Shown here: positions 22,827 to 31,472 of the stretch, in pieces
Layout: each line of letters begins with the position of its first letter
Position numbering within the stretch: the stretch's first letter is position 1
From: an uncultured Gemmatimonadaceae bacterium
GTDB lineage: Bacteria > Gemmatimonadota > Gemmatimonadetes > Gemmatimonadales > Gemmatimonadaceae
Length of the DNA: 64,000 nt
Reading direction: 5' to 3'
Assembly (NCBI GenBank): GCA_963829055.1
Contig: CAWHHI010000016.1
Span: forward strand, 448,001 to 512,000
Translations under genes and position numbers: made by a program
Notes under the pieces: model-generated
Databases searched by the model: none
What the model was told of the DNA's origin: nothing
Seen by the model: only the letters and a program-made list of their open reading frames with translations

Positions 22827-24173
22827 CTACGGCTTGCGATAAGCAGGAGGATAGGTCTTATACCGCTGCATCAACTCGTCCTGACGCGACGGTTGCGCGA
22901 CTTCACGGCCACGAATGAGAACGTGCTCCACCTTGGTCGTGAACTCGAACGGGTCGCCGCTCCACACCACGATGTTCGCGTCACGACCAGGCTGCAGGGA
23001 CCCAATGCGGTTCGCCACACCGAGCATCTCCGCCGGCGAGAGCGTGATCGAGCGCAGCGCAGCATCCCACGGAAGCCCGTAGGCGACCGCGACACCGGCG
23101 TCGTACTTCAGGTTGCGGACGTTGAACCCTTCCTCTCCGCTGCCATTCCCGATCAGCACCACCTTTGCGCCCGCGCGCTGCAGCAGCGCCGCGGCATCCT
23201 GCCGGTTGCCTAACGTCGAGAAGCTCTGCGGAAGGTTGTCCATCGACCCCACGATCACCGGGATCCCCGCCGCTGCCAGCCGGTCAGCCAGCTTCCACGA
23301 CTCTGCAGCCCCGACGATGATGAGCTTGACGTTCATCTCCTTGGCGAGCCGCATGATGGCGTCGATGTCACTCGACTGATCGACGTTCACCATGAGCGGC
23401 AGCCTTCCCTCGACGACGGGAATCAGCGCCTCCAGATCCGCCCGCCGCGCCGCGAATGCGCGCGTTTGTGCCCGCTCGAATTCCGAGCGGCGGCGGGCGT
23501 AAATGCGCGCGTCCTCGAGGACCTCCTTGAGTCGCACGTACTGCTCGCCGCGCGCGTTCGATCCCGCCGACCGCGGGTCGCCGAACTGTGCGACCATCGC
23601 GACCGGCGCCTTGTCGAGCATGTCCGAGAGCGTGCCTGGTACGAGATCGATGAGTGCCGCCTGTCCGGCAATGAGACCGCCGGTCGGCACGACGACCACG
23701 GACGTGACCCCGTCGTTCCGCGCCGGGGCGAACATCGTCGACGCGGGGTTGATGCCTTCCCACACCGGGAACGACGCCGCGATGCCGCTGTCTCCGCGCG
23801 CGCTGCGATCGACCGTGGCCTGAACCGCGTTGATTTCGGCCACGCCGAGGGAGGTGAGCGAATTGATGAGTCCCGGCGTAACCCACTTGCCCGTCGCGTC
23901 GATGCGAGTGGCGCCGTTAGGCACCGTGACGTTCGCGCCGACGGCGACGATCTTCCCATCGCGTACGAGAACCGTCCCGTTCTCGATCACCGGCCCGCTC
24001 ACCGGGTGAACCTTCCCGCCGGTGATGGCGATCGTCTGCGCGCCGGCACGCTCGGCGGTCGAGAGCAAGAGCGCGGCGACGGCAGCCAGCGCCGCGGTTC
24101 CGACCACGATTCTCGCGATTGCCGATTTCTGCCGCCCGCCGGCGGCGGGCACCCGCCCGATTCGCGTCGTCAT
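22827..24173 (-). CDS. Secreted amidohydrolase-family protein (metal motif degenerate)
   Basis: Signal peptide; IENGTVLVRDGKIVAVG, KWVTPGLINSLTSLG, GSLQPGRDANIVVWSGDPF. Confidence 0.85.
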   Translation of the reverse strand: MTTRIGRVPAAGGRQKSAIARIVVGTAALAAVAALLLSTAERAGAQTIAITGGKVHPVSGPVIENGTVLVRDGKIVAVGANVTVPNGATRIDATGKWVTPGLINSLTSLGVAEINAVQATVDRSARGDSGIAASFPVWEGINPASTMFAPARNDGVTSVVVVPTGGLIAGQAALIDLVPGTLSDMLDKAPVAMVAQFGDPRSAGSNARGEQYVRLKEVLEDARIYARRRSEFERAQTRAFAARRADLEALIPVVEGRLPLMVNVDQSSDIDAIMRLAKEMNVKLIIVGAAESWKLADRLAAAGIPVIVGSMDNLPQSFSTLGNRQDAAALLQRAGAKVVLIGNGSGEEGFNVRNLKYDAGVAVAYGLPWDAALRSITLSPAEMLGVANRIGSLQPGRDANIVVWSGDPFEFTTKVEHVLIRGREVAQPSRQDELMQRYKTYPPAYRKP

Positions 24174-25630
24174 CGTGCACCCCCGTTAGGCAGCGGAACG
24201 TTCCCGAGCTCGAAGTCCGTACGCCACCAGGACGCCGGGTTTGCGCGATCGTACGCCGCCGCGCCATCGAGCCACACCCGATCGACGCGTGAGTACACGC
24301 TGAACGGGTTGCCGGACCACAGCACAACGTCCGCGTTCTTGCCCACCTCGATGGATCCGATCTTGTCGTCGAGACCGAGCGCCCACGCCGGGTTGATCGT
24401 GAGCCACTTGATCGCTTCGTCCTCCGTCGTGTGGATCCCGATCTGTTCACCCGCGGCCATGGCCTTCGCCGCATCCTGGTTCAGACGCTGCATCCCGGAC
24501 GGATCATCGGAGTGCACGATCGCGCGGGCACCTGCCGCGCTCACCATGGCGAGGTTCGCGCGCACGCCATCCATCGCCTCCATCTTGAACCCGCCCCAGT
24601 CCGACCAGAGCGACGCGGAGATCCCTTCCTTCGCCAGGCGATCGGCGACCTTGTACGCCTCCACGCCATGGTGGAACGAGCGAATCTTGTAGCCGAACTC
24701 CTTGGCGATGTCGATCATCTGCACCATCTCGTCGGCGCGGTAGCAGTGGTTGTGCACCAGGATGTTGCCGCGCAGGACTTCCGCGAGCGTCTCGAGCCCG
24801 AGATCGCGCTGCGGAGGATCGCCCTGATGGTCGGCGTTCCACTTGTCCCACCGACGGCGATAGCCTTCCGCCTGGATCCATGCGGCGCGATATCCCGCCA
24901 CGTTCCCCATGCGCGTCGACGGCCCGCGTTGCGCGTACACGCGCTTCGGATTCTCGCCGCACGCCATCTTCAGGCCGTATTTCGCGCCCGGGAATTTCAT
25001 TCCCTGGACCGAGGCGGACGGGACCACCTTCAGCACCACGCTCCGTCCGCCGATCAGATTCCCCGACCCTGGAAGGATCTGAACGGTCGTCACGCCGCTC
25101 GCGAGCGCTCGCGGGAACTGCGGATCCTGCGGCCACACCGAGTGCTCGGCCCACACGTTCGCCGTCACAGGGTTGGTGAGCTCGTTTCCGTCGGACAACG
25201 CGTCGCCACCGGGGGCTGCGTACACGCCCAGGTGTGAGTGGTCGTCGATGACGCCGGGAGTGAGAAACTTGCCGCGACCGTCGATGACGTCTGCATCCGG
25301 GGGAGCGCTCACAGTCGTCCCGACCGCGGCGATCTTGCCATCGCGGAGCAACACACTGCCGTTCCGAATCGTCGGCCCGGCGGCCGTCATGATGGTCACG
25401 TCGCGAATCAGCGTTGCTCGTGATTGCGGAATGGCGTACGTGCTCGGGAATGGATCGGCGTTAGGCGCCGAGATCGCCCCGGCACCGGGGGCCGGGCGAC
25501 CCGTGTCTGCGCGGGCTCCAGCGGGTGCGGCCGGGCGTGGTTGCGTCGAAGGCGCGGTCTGCGCAGGAGCGCATCCCTCGAGAGCGACGACTACAGCCGC
25601 CGCGAGAGCGACGGCACGTTGAATTCGCAT
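24170..25630 (-). CDS. Amidohydrolase-family lipoprotein
   Basis: Lipobox-like ALEGC; TPGVIDDHSHLG, LKMACGENPKR, HNHCYRAD, HHGVE, HSD, GSIEVGKNADVVLW. Confidence 0.9.
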   Translation of the reverse strand: MRIQRAVALAAAVVVALEGCAPAQTAPSTQPRPAAPAGARADTGRPAPGAGAISAPNADPFPSTYAIPQSRATLIRDVTIMTAAGPTIRNGSVLLRDGKIAAVGTTVSAPPDADVIDGRGKFLTPGVIDDHSHLGVYAAPGGDALSDGNELTNPVTANVWAEHSVWPQDPQFPRALASGVTTVQILPGSGNLIGGRSVVLKVVPSASVQGMKFPGAKYGLKMACGENPKRVYAQRGPSTRMGNVAGYRAAWIQAEGYRRRWDKWNADHQGDPPQRDLGLETLAEVLRGNILVHNHCYRADEMVQMIDIAKEFGYKIRSFHHGVEAYKVADRLAKEGISASLWSDWGGFKMEAMDGVRANLAMVSAAGARAIVHSDDPSGMQRLNQDAAKAMAAGEQIGIHTTEDEAIKWLTINPAWALGLDDKIGSIEVGKNADVVLWSGNPFSVYSRVDRVWLDGAAAYDRANPASWWRTDFELGNVPLPNGGAR

Positions 25631-25695
25631 GAGTCGGTGGATTCGAGCTGGGGTTTGTGGTTCGATTCGCCCTCTAGCTGGAGAGCCCTGCGAAG

Positions 25696-26451
25696 CTAGG
25701 GCAGGCGACTTCCGCCCGCGAGGTCGCCGACGAGCGCGCGCATCGCCCCGGGGATATCGCTGCAGATGCCATCGACGCCCCAGTCGAGCAGACGCCGGGC
25801 GACGTCGGGACTGTTGACGGTCCATGCAATGATGCGCCGAGCGTCGCCGTGTACGAGGCGGACAAGCGCCTCGTCGATCAACTCCCATTGCTGCCACAGG
25901 TCGCGTGCTCCGGCGTCGTACATGGCGCGGAGCGGGTCGACCGGATAGCTCGTCTGCAGGACGCCGACGGGGATCTCGGGCGCAATGTCATGGACGCGCC
26001 GGGCAACGCGGTGGTCGAAGCTGTGGACGGCACAGGCGCGGCCGCTCGCCCGAATGACAGCAACGACCTCGGCCTCGATCCGCGGCGCCTTGACCTCCAC
26101 ATACACCGTCGAATCTCGCGGAACTGTTTCGAGCAGCGACTCGAGCGTAGGAATGCGCTCGGTGCCTCCAGTACCTCCCGAACCGACGGCTATCGACTGG
26201 ATCGCATCGAGCATCGACTCGGCGATGACGGCGACGGTACCCGAGTCGCCAGGCCGCGAGTTCGTCGCCGCGTCGTGGTGTACGACGATGACGCCATCCC
26301 GCGTTGCGTGGACGTCGAGCTCGACGGAGTCGGCGCCGTCCGCGAATGCTCGGCGGAACGAAGCGATCGTGTTTTCGCGGTGTTCGCGGGGTGAGCCGCG
26401 ATGACCGATGATCTCTACCGTCGGGGGTCGCCCTTCGCTTGCGTAAGCCAT
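25696..26451 (-). CDS. Glycerophosphodiester phosphodiesterase
   Basis: IIGHRG...ENTIASF, ELDVHATRDG..VVHHD, VEVK, AWTVN, GVDGICSD. Confidence 0.92.
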   Translation of the reverse strand: MAYASEGRPPTVEIIGHRGSPREHRENTIASFRRAFADGADSVELDVHATRDGVIVVHHDAATNSRPGDSGTVAVIAESMLDAIQSIAVGSGGTGGTERIPTLESLLETVPRDSTVYVEVKAPRIEAEVVAVIRASGRACAVHSFDHRVARRVHDIAPEIPVGVLQTSYPVDPLRAMYDAGARDLWQQWELIDEALVRLVHGDARRIIAWTVNSPDVARRLLDWGVDGICSDIPGAMRALVGDLAGGSRLP

Positions 26452-26462
26452 TGGATGGCGCG

Positions 26463-26491
26463 AACCTAGAAGCGGCCCGCCGCACTGTCAA
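26463..26491 (-). promoter_or_regulatory. Sigma70-type promoter of the GDPD-amidohydrolase operon
   Basis: Reverse strand TTGACA-N17-TAGGTT. Confidence 0.6.
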
Positions 26492-26529
26492 CGGCCCCTT
26501 AACGTCGTGCGCTGGCGGGCGTCTCACGA

Positions 26530-27093
26530 ATGAACCGCATGGTCCAGGACAATGAGCCCAACGAGAATTCCACCGATCTGGAGCTCATAGCCCGGTGGAG
26601 CGCCGGCGACGAGCGAGCTGCCACGCGTCTGGTGGAGCGGCATGCGCCGGCGCTCGCTCGCTTTGCCGCCAGCCTGGGCCAGCGGGTCGATATCGAGGAG
26701 ATCGTTCAGGACACGTTCGTGCGGGCGTTCGGATCGATCGACTCATTTCGAGCGGACAGCTCGCTGCGGACGTGGCTGTTCACGATCGAGCGGAGGCTGA
26801 TACTCGACAGGCGGCGCGCCGAACGCCGACGGAAAGAAGACGGCACGGTGGATGACGCGGATGCGGCCACCGAGTTCGACGCGTTGGATGAGATCGTCGC
26901 CGAGGAGGCAGAGGCGCGGGTTCGGAGCGCTGTCGAACGGTTGTCGCGGCTGCAGCGAGAGGTGTTTCTGCTACGGGTGAATGAAGGATTGTCGTACAAG
27001 GAGATCGCCGAGGTCGTCGGTAGCACGGAGGGCGCGGCGCGGGTGCACTACCACAACGCCATGCGGGCCGTGAAGGAGCTGCTCTATGTTTGA
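26530..27093 (+). CDS. ECF RNA polymerase sigma factor
   Basis: EEIVQDTFVRAF, SLRTWLFTI, LSYKEIAEVVG region 4 HTH. Confidence 0.93.
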   Translation: MNRMVQDNEPNENSTDLELIARWSAGDERAATRLVERHAPALARFAASLGQRVDIEEIVQDTFVRAFGSIDSFRADSSLRTWLFTIERRLILDRRRAERRRKEDGTVDDADAATEFDALDEIVAEEAEARVRSAVERLSRLQREVFLLRVNEGLSYKEIAEVVGSTEGAARVHYHNAMRAVKELLYV

Positions 27094-27778
27094 TTGCGCG
27101 AACGTCGAGATGCGTGAGCTGCTTCCCGAGCTGGTCGCGGGAACGCTGGACGCGACGACGCGTGCGCGCGTCGAGGAGCACGTCGCTGCATGTCCGGAGT
27201 GTGCCTCGGAGCTGGAGACACTTCGGCTCGTGCGCGCGGCATTCGCGCGCGCGCCGAAGATCGACGCGAGTCACGTCGTCGCGTCGCTGCCGAGGCCTCG
27301 TGCTGTCGTCGCAGCGCCGCAGCGTAATGCGAAGGTGATCCGCTGGCTCGACTGGCGCATCGCCGCCGCCCTCACGACGATCACGGTTGGCGGTCTGTCG
27401 CTCGCCGTAAGCCAGCGTATGCGTGATGTGACCGCGGTGCTCCCATCCGATTCCGCTTCCGCGCAGGTCCAATCGCCCTTGGCGACGGACCCTAACGCGG
27501 CAGGAGGTGGCTTGGCGCTGCCTAACAAGCCCGTCCCGAGCGATCGCCAGACGTCGTCGACAGGCACGCGTTCGAGTGCGCCGGAACCGGTGTCGGCAGC
27601 TGTCACATCGCCGGCCAAACCACAACTATCCGTGGGCGGCGGGATGGGTGATCTCGACGATGCGTCGCTTCAATCGTTGCTTGGCGCGCTCGAGGAGATC
27701 GACCGTGCACCGGTGGCGCCGTCGGCGGAGCCGGATCGATCACCCGTGCTGCCCGTCATCAAGGCGGGTGATCGATGA
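27086..27778 (+). CDS. zf-HC2 anti-sigma factor
   Basis: C...HVAACPEC (HxxxCxxC), single TM, directly downstream of the ECF gene. Confidence 0.88.
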   Translation: MFDCANVEMRELLPELVAGTLDATTRARVEEHVAACPECASELETLRLVRAAFARAPKIDASHVVASLPRPRAVVAAPQRNAKVIRWLDWRIAAALTTITVGGLSLAVSQRMRDVTAVLPSDSASAQVQSPLATDPNAAGGGLALPNKPVPSDRQTSSTGTRSSAPEPVSAAVTSPAKPQLSVGGGMGDLDDASLQSLLGALEEIDRAPVAPSAEPDRSPVLPVIKAGDR

Positions 27779-28347
27779 ATCGACGCGCGTCGCGGCTCGC
27801 GTGCGTCTGTGCGCTGATGCTGCCCCTCCTCGTCGCCTGCGTTTCGTCGCAGGCGGTGGGGCAGCAAGTCGACCGCGCACCGGCGCGAGCTGGCGCACCG
27901 GCACAGGGGCGCGTCGGGCTCGAGCGTCAATTTCGGGAAAGGCTCGCTGAGGTGGTGCGACGCCGACTGAATCTCGACGAAGCCCAGATGCGGGAGCTCG
28001 GGCAGGTGAACGAGCGGTTCGAACGCGAACGGATGCTGCTGCTCCGGGACGATCGGCAGGTGCGCCAGTCGCTCCGCGCCGAAGTGCTGCTTGGTGATTC
28101 GGCGAATCAGGGCAGGGTGGCCACCCTGCTCGACCAAGCGCTCGAGATCCAGCGGCGCCGACTCGATCTGACCGCCCGCGAGCAGCACGATCTCGCGGCC
28201 TTCATGACCCCGGTGCAGCGCGCGAAGTACTTCGGCATCCAGGACGAGCTGCGCCGACGGATGGAGGACATTCGTCAGAACAGGCAGGAGCGGCAGCGAA
28301 GGGGCGGGGGACCGGGATCGGGCGCGCAACGTCAACCGCCGCCGTAG
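27775..28347 (+). CDS. Periplasmic Spy/CpxP-like helical protein
   Basis: Signal peptide; RRLNLDEAQ...FMTPVQRAKY (LTxxQ-like). Confidence 0.65.
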   Translation: MNRRASRLACVCALMLPLLVACVSSQAVGQQVDRAPARAGAPAQGRVGLERQFRERLAEVVRRRLNLDEAQMRELGQVNERFERERMLLLRDDRQVRQSLRAEVLLGDSANQGRVATLLDQALEIQRRRLDLTAREQHDLAAFMTPVQRAKYFGIQDELRRRMEDIRQNRQERQRRGGGPGSGAQRQPPP

Positions 28348-28414
28348 CGCCTCTGTCGCACACACGCCACCAGGCAAGACTCGCGATATGACCTGTAACG
28401 CGGGATCTACCGCG

Positions 28415-28443
28415 TTGAGCGCCGCGCGCGGGCCGACTACATT
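28415..28443 (+). promoter_or_regulatory. Promoter of tRNA-Leu
   Basis: TTGAGC-N17-TACATT, 8 nt upstream of the tRNA. Confidence 0.55.
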
Positions 28444-28451
28444 GCGTCAGC

Positions 28452-28535
28452 GCCCGGGTGGCGGAATTGGTAGACGCAGGGGACTCAAAATCCCCCGACC
28501 TTCGGGTCTTACGAGTTCGAGTCTCGTCCCGGGTA
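28452..28535 (+). tRNA. tRNA-Leu(CAA), CCA not encoded
   Basis: Acceptor stem GCCCGGG/CCCGGGT, D-loop GGCGGAATTGGTAGACGC, anticodon arm GGGGA-CTCAAAA-TCCCC, long variable arm, GTTCGAGT T-loop. Confidence 0.95.
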
Positions 28536-28554
28536 TTGATCACTTCGTTGTTCG

Positions 28555-28586
28555 CGGGCGCCTGCTTCGGTAGGCGCCCGTTTTTT
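28555..28586 (+). terminator. Intrinsic terminator after the tRNA
   Basis: CGGGCGCCTGC-TTCG-GTAGGCGCCCG followed by T6. Confidence 0.9.
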
Positions 28587-28894
28587 CGTTCCTCTGCGGT
28601 CCTAACGAGCGCGATAGGAAGTCCCTGGTCAGCCTGCTTGTTGCCGGCAGAGGCGCGGCGATGCCGCGCCGGAGCCTGGAACTACATACCACTGGTCGGC
28701 AGGGTATGATACCTCCAAGGAGGTATGTTACCCCATCCATCTCCTGCAAGCACCAGCACACCTAACAACCACGCCAACCAGAAGCGATGGCGCAGGAACG
28801 TTCTTCGTTGTACTTTCGGGTCAGGCGGCACCGGACCTGAGTCGTTAGGACACGTTAGGTCCCGGCCAACGGCCGCCGAAGGCAGGTGCCTCGG

Positions 28895-29473
28895 ATGGAA
28901 TCGACGTCAGCAGTATTCGACCGCGATCAGACCGGCGGGAGCATTCCGCCGCCTCCGTCGCGCGATCGGGATGGCCTCAGCGCCCTCGAGCGGAAGGCGC
29001 TCTACCGAGTCCACACGGAGCTGCCGGCGATGCCGGCCTCACTCGTCGTCCAGATCCTTCTCTGGCCTGAGAAGATGACCGACTGGGCGCGTGATGAGAG
29101 CGTGACCCCGGCTCTCGTGTACAACATGCTCGGCGGCTTCAAGCCATATCACGGCCTTCGCGAGCGCCTGGCGCAGCGACTCGGCGTCACGAAGGCCGCG
29201 GTCGACCATCTCATCGACGCGCGGCGCCAGCAGCCGTCCACACGACGCATTCCGGAACCGCCACCAGACTTCGTGCCCGACGACGTGTCGCTCGCAACGG
29301 GCTCTCGTCCGCAGGCCGCAGCGCGGACTCCAATTGGTGGGAACCCCAACGGTTTCGACCCACAGGAGAACGAGCCGTCGTCACCTGAGGCCGCGTCGCA
29401 ACAGACAGACGAGCCACCCGCCAGCGAGGCGCCTCCCGAGCAATCCGGACAGCAAATCACGTTCGAGCTCTGA
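28895..29473 (+). CDS. Hypothetical protein with putative Cro/Ner-like HTH and low-complexity tail
   Basis: MTDWARDESVTPALVYNMLGG...LRERLAQRLGVT resembles Ner/Cro-like HTH patterns. Confidence 0.65.
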   Translation: MESTSAVFDRDQTGGSIPPPPSRDRDGLSALERKALYRVHTELPAMPASLVVQILLWPEKMTDWARDESVTPALVYNMLGGFKPYHGLRERLAQRLGVTKAAVDHLIDARRQQPSTRRIPEPPPDFVPDDVSLATGSRPQAAARTPIGGNPNGFDPQENEPSSPEAASQQTDEPPASEAPPEQSGQQITFEL

Positions 29474-29644
29474 GCCTGGAACCTGCGTCGACCAATTACC
29501 GCCTGTTAAGGTTGACACCGTCATTATGCGGGATGTGCTCACGGCGCGTGCCTGTGGCGGGGAGTGTGCAGTGGCACACCACTCGTCTACCGCCACGTGC
29601 GCAGCTATCCGACTTCGAGCGTCCGCGTTTCGGGCCGCACCGCC

Positions 29645-30763
29645 ATGCACCAACTCCGAATCGCCCAAGTCACCGAGTATTACTACCCGCACCTCGGCGG
29701 CATCTGCGAGCACGTCCATTTCCTGGCGCGTGAGGCGGCGCTCCGGGGTCATCACGTCGACATCATCACGTCGAACCTCGACGGTGCGCGCGACACGCCG
29801 AATGTGATCCGCGTCGGCCAGAGCGTACCGGTCTACAGCAACGGGTCACTCGCGCGCATCACCGTCGGGCGCGGACTGCGCCGCCAGGTCAGAGAAGTGC
29901 TCTCGCGCGGGCAGTACGACATCGTTCACGTGCATGCACCGCTCGCTCCGTCGCTCCCACTGCTAGCGGTAGATGAGGCCGAGTGCCCCGTCGTTGGGAC
30001 GTTTCATACGTATTTCGACTACTCGGTAGGCTATACTCTCGGCCGTCGCTACTTTCAGCGACGGCTGTCTCGTCTCGCCGCCGCGGTGGCCGTGTCACCG
30101 ACCGTCGTCGAAGCGCACGAGCGTTACTTCTCGACTGACTGGACCCATATCCCGAACGGCGTGGACACGCACTTCTTCTCGCCTGACGCGCCGCGTCCGC
30201 TCGCGATCCGACCCGACGTGCCCTCGATCCTGTTCCTCGGGCGCTTCGATCCGCGCAATGGGCTCGCCTCACTCATGGATGCGTTCAAACGCATTCGTGG
30301 CCCAAGCCGGCCGGCGCAGCTCGTGGTGGTAGGCGATGGCCCCCTTCGAGCGCACTACCGGCGTCTCGCGGCCGGCGACCCGGACATCACGTTCGTCGGG
30401 TCGGTGCTGGGTGAGCGTCCCGACTTCTACGCGAACTGTTCGATCTACGCCTGCCCAACGACCAAGGCGTCCTTCGGTATTACGCTGCTCGAGTCGATGG
30501 CGTGCGGCACGCCGATCGTGTGCTCCGACATCAACGGCTTTCGCAACGTGGTGGCGCACGACCGCGAAGCGTTGCTCGTTCCGTGCGGCGACACAGGCGC
30601 CCTCGCCGATACGTTGGCGGCGCTCCTGGATGACGACGCATCGCGCGCACGCCTCGGAGCGGCTGGCCGGCAGCGCGCGCTGGCGTACGGCTGGCCGCGC
30701 GTGAGCGACACGATTCTGGGCCTCTACGCCCAGATCCTCGGCGTGAACCGTCTGGCCGCGTGA
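29645..30763 (+). CDS. GT4 glycosyltransferase, PimA-like
   Basis: YYPHLGG, NGSLARI, VHVHAP, VVGTFH, IPNGVD, FLGRFDPRNGL, SFGITLLESMACG. Confidence 0.9.
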   Translation: MHQLRIAQVTEYYYPHLGGICEHVHFLAREAALRGHHVDIITSNLDGARDTPNVIRVGQSVPVYSNGSLARITVGRGLRRQVREVLSRGQYDIVHVHAPLAPSLPLLAVDEAECPVVGTFHTYFDYSVGYTLGRRYFQRRLSRLAAAVAVSPTVVEAHERYFSTDWTHIPNGVDTHFFSPDAPRPLAIRPDVPSILFLGRFDPRNGLASLMDAFKRIRGPSRPAQLVVVGDGPLRAHYRRLAAGDPDITFVGSVLGERPDFYANCSIYACPTTKASFGITLLESMACGTPIVCSDINGFRNVVAHDREALLVPCGDTGALADTLAALLDDDASRARLGAAGRQRALAYGWPRVSDTILGLYAQILGVNRLAA

Positions 30764-30779
30764 GCACAACGGGAGACCG

Positions 30780-31472
30780 GTGATCGGCGCCATCGCTTCG
30801 GTCACGGCGCTGTCCGCGGGCGCGCTCGCGTGGGGGGCTTACGAGCGAAATAGCCCGCTGTTCGGTCGCGTCCAGCACCGACTCGCCACGACGGACGCCG
30901 TCATCAGCCTGACGTTCGACGATGGGCCGAACTCGCGAGCCACACCGGCAATCCTCGACGCGTTAGGCGCCGAAGGCGTGTGCGCGACGTTCTTCGTGCT
31001 CGGCCGGCATGCGGATCGGTGGCCTGAGCTCGTCGACCGTGCCGCGCGCGAAGGGCATCGCATCGGCAATCACGGGTACTACCATCGGAAGCTCACCTGG
31101 AAAGCTCCGAGCTACGTCCGTGACGATATCTCTCGTGGCGCCGAGGCGATCGAGAGAGCGGGTGCTGCGCGTCCGGGGTTGTTCCGCGCACCACACGGAC
31201 AACGGAACCCGTGGGTGACTCCAATCGCGCGAACGCTCGGCCAGCGAACGATCGGCTGGACGCTCGGCGTGTGGGACACGGCGCGGCCTGGCTCGGACGT
31301 CATCGCGGATCGTGTCATTCGCGGTGCGGATCGCGGGTCGATCGTCTTGCTGCACGACGGCGACGGCTACGATGCCGACGGCGACCGCATGCAGACGGCG
31401 GACGCGCTCCCACGCATCATTCGTGGGCTCCGAGCGAGAGGGTTTACATTCGCGACGCTCGCGGCGACGTGA
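30780..31472 (+). CDS. Polysaccharide deacetylase (NodB/CE4)
   Basis: LTFDDGP, GNHGYYH, FRAPHG, IVLLHD. Confidence 0.92.
   Translation: MIGAIASVTALSAGALAWGAYERNSPLFGRVQHRLATTDAVISLTFDDGPNSRATPAILDALGAEGVCATFFVLGRHADRWPELVDRAAREGHRIGNHGYYHRKLTWKAPSYVRDDISRGAEAIERAGAARPGLFRAPHGQRNPWVTPIARTLGQRTIGWTLGVWDTARPGSDVIADRVIRGADRGSIVLLHDGDGYDADGDRMQTADALPRIIRGLRARGFTFATLAAT

Noticed and set aside
28725..29078. 117-aa ORF preceded by AAGGAGGT
   Set aside because: The SD abuts the ATG with no spacing, the translation is not protein-like, and it overlaps the better ORF at 28895.
28452..29473. tRNA-Leu as integration site of a prophage or island
   Set aside because: No integrase, no duplicated tRNA 3' end seen in the window, and downstream genes look like core genes.
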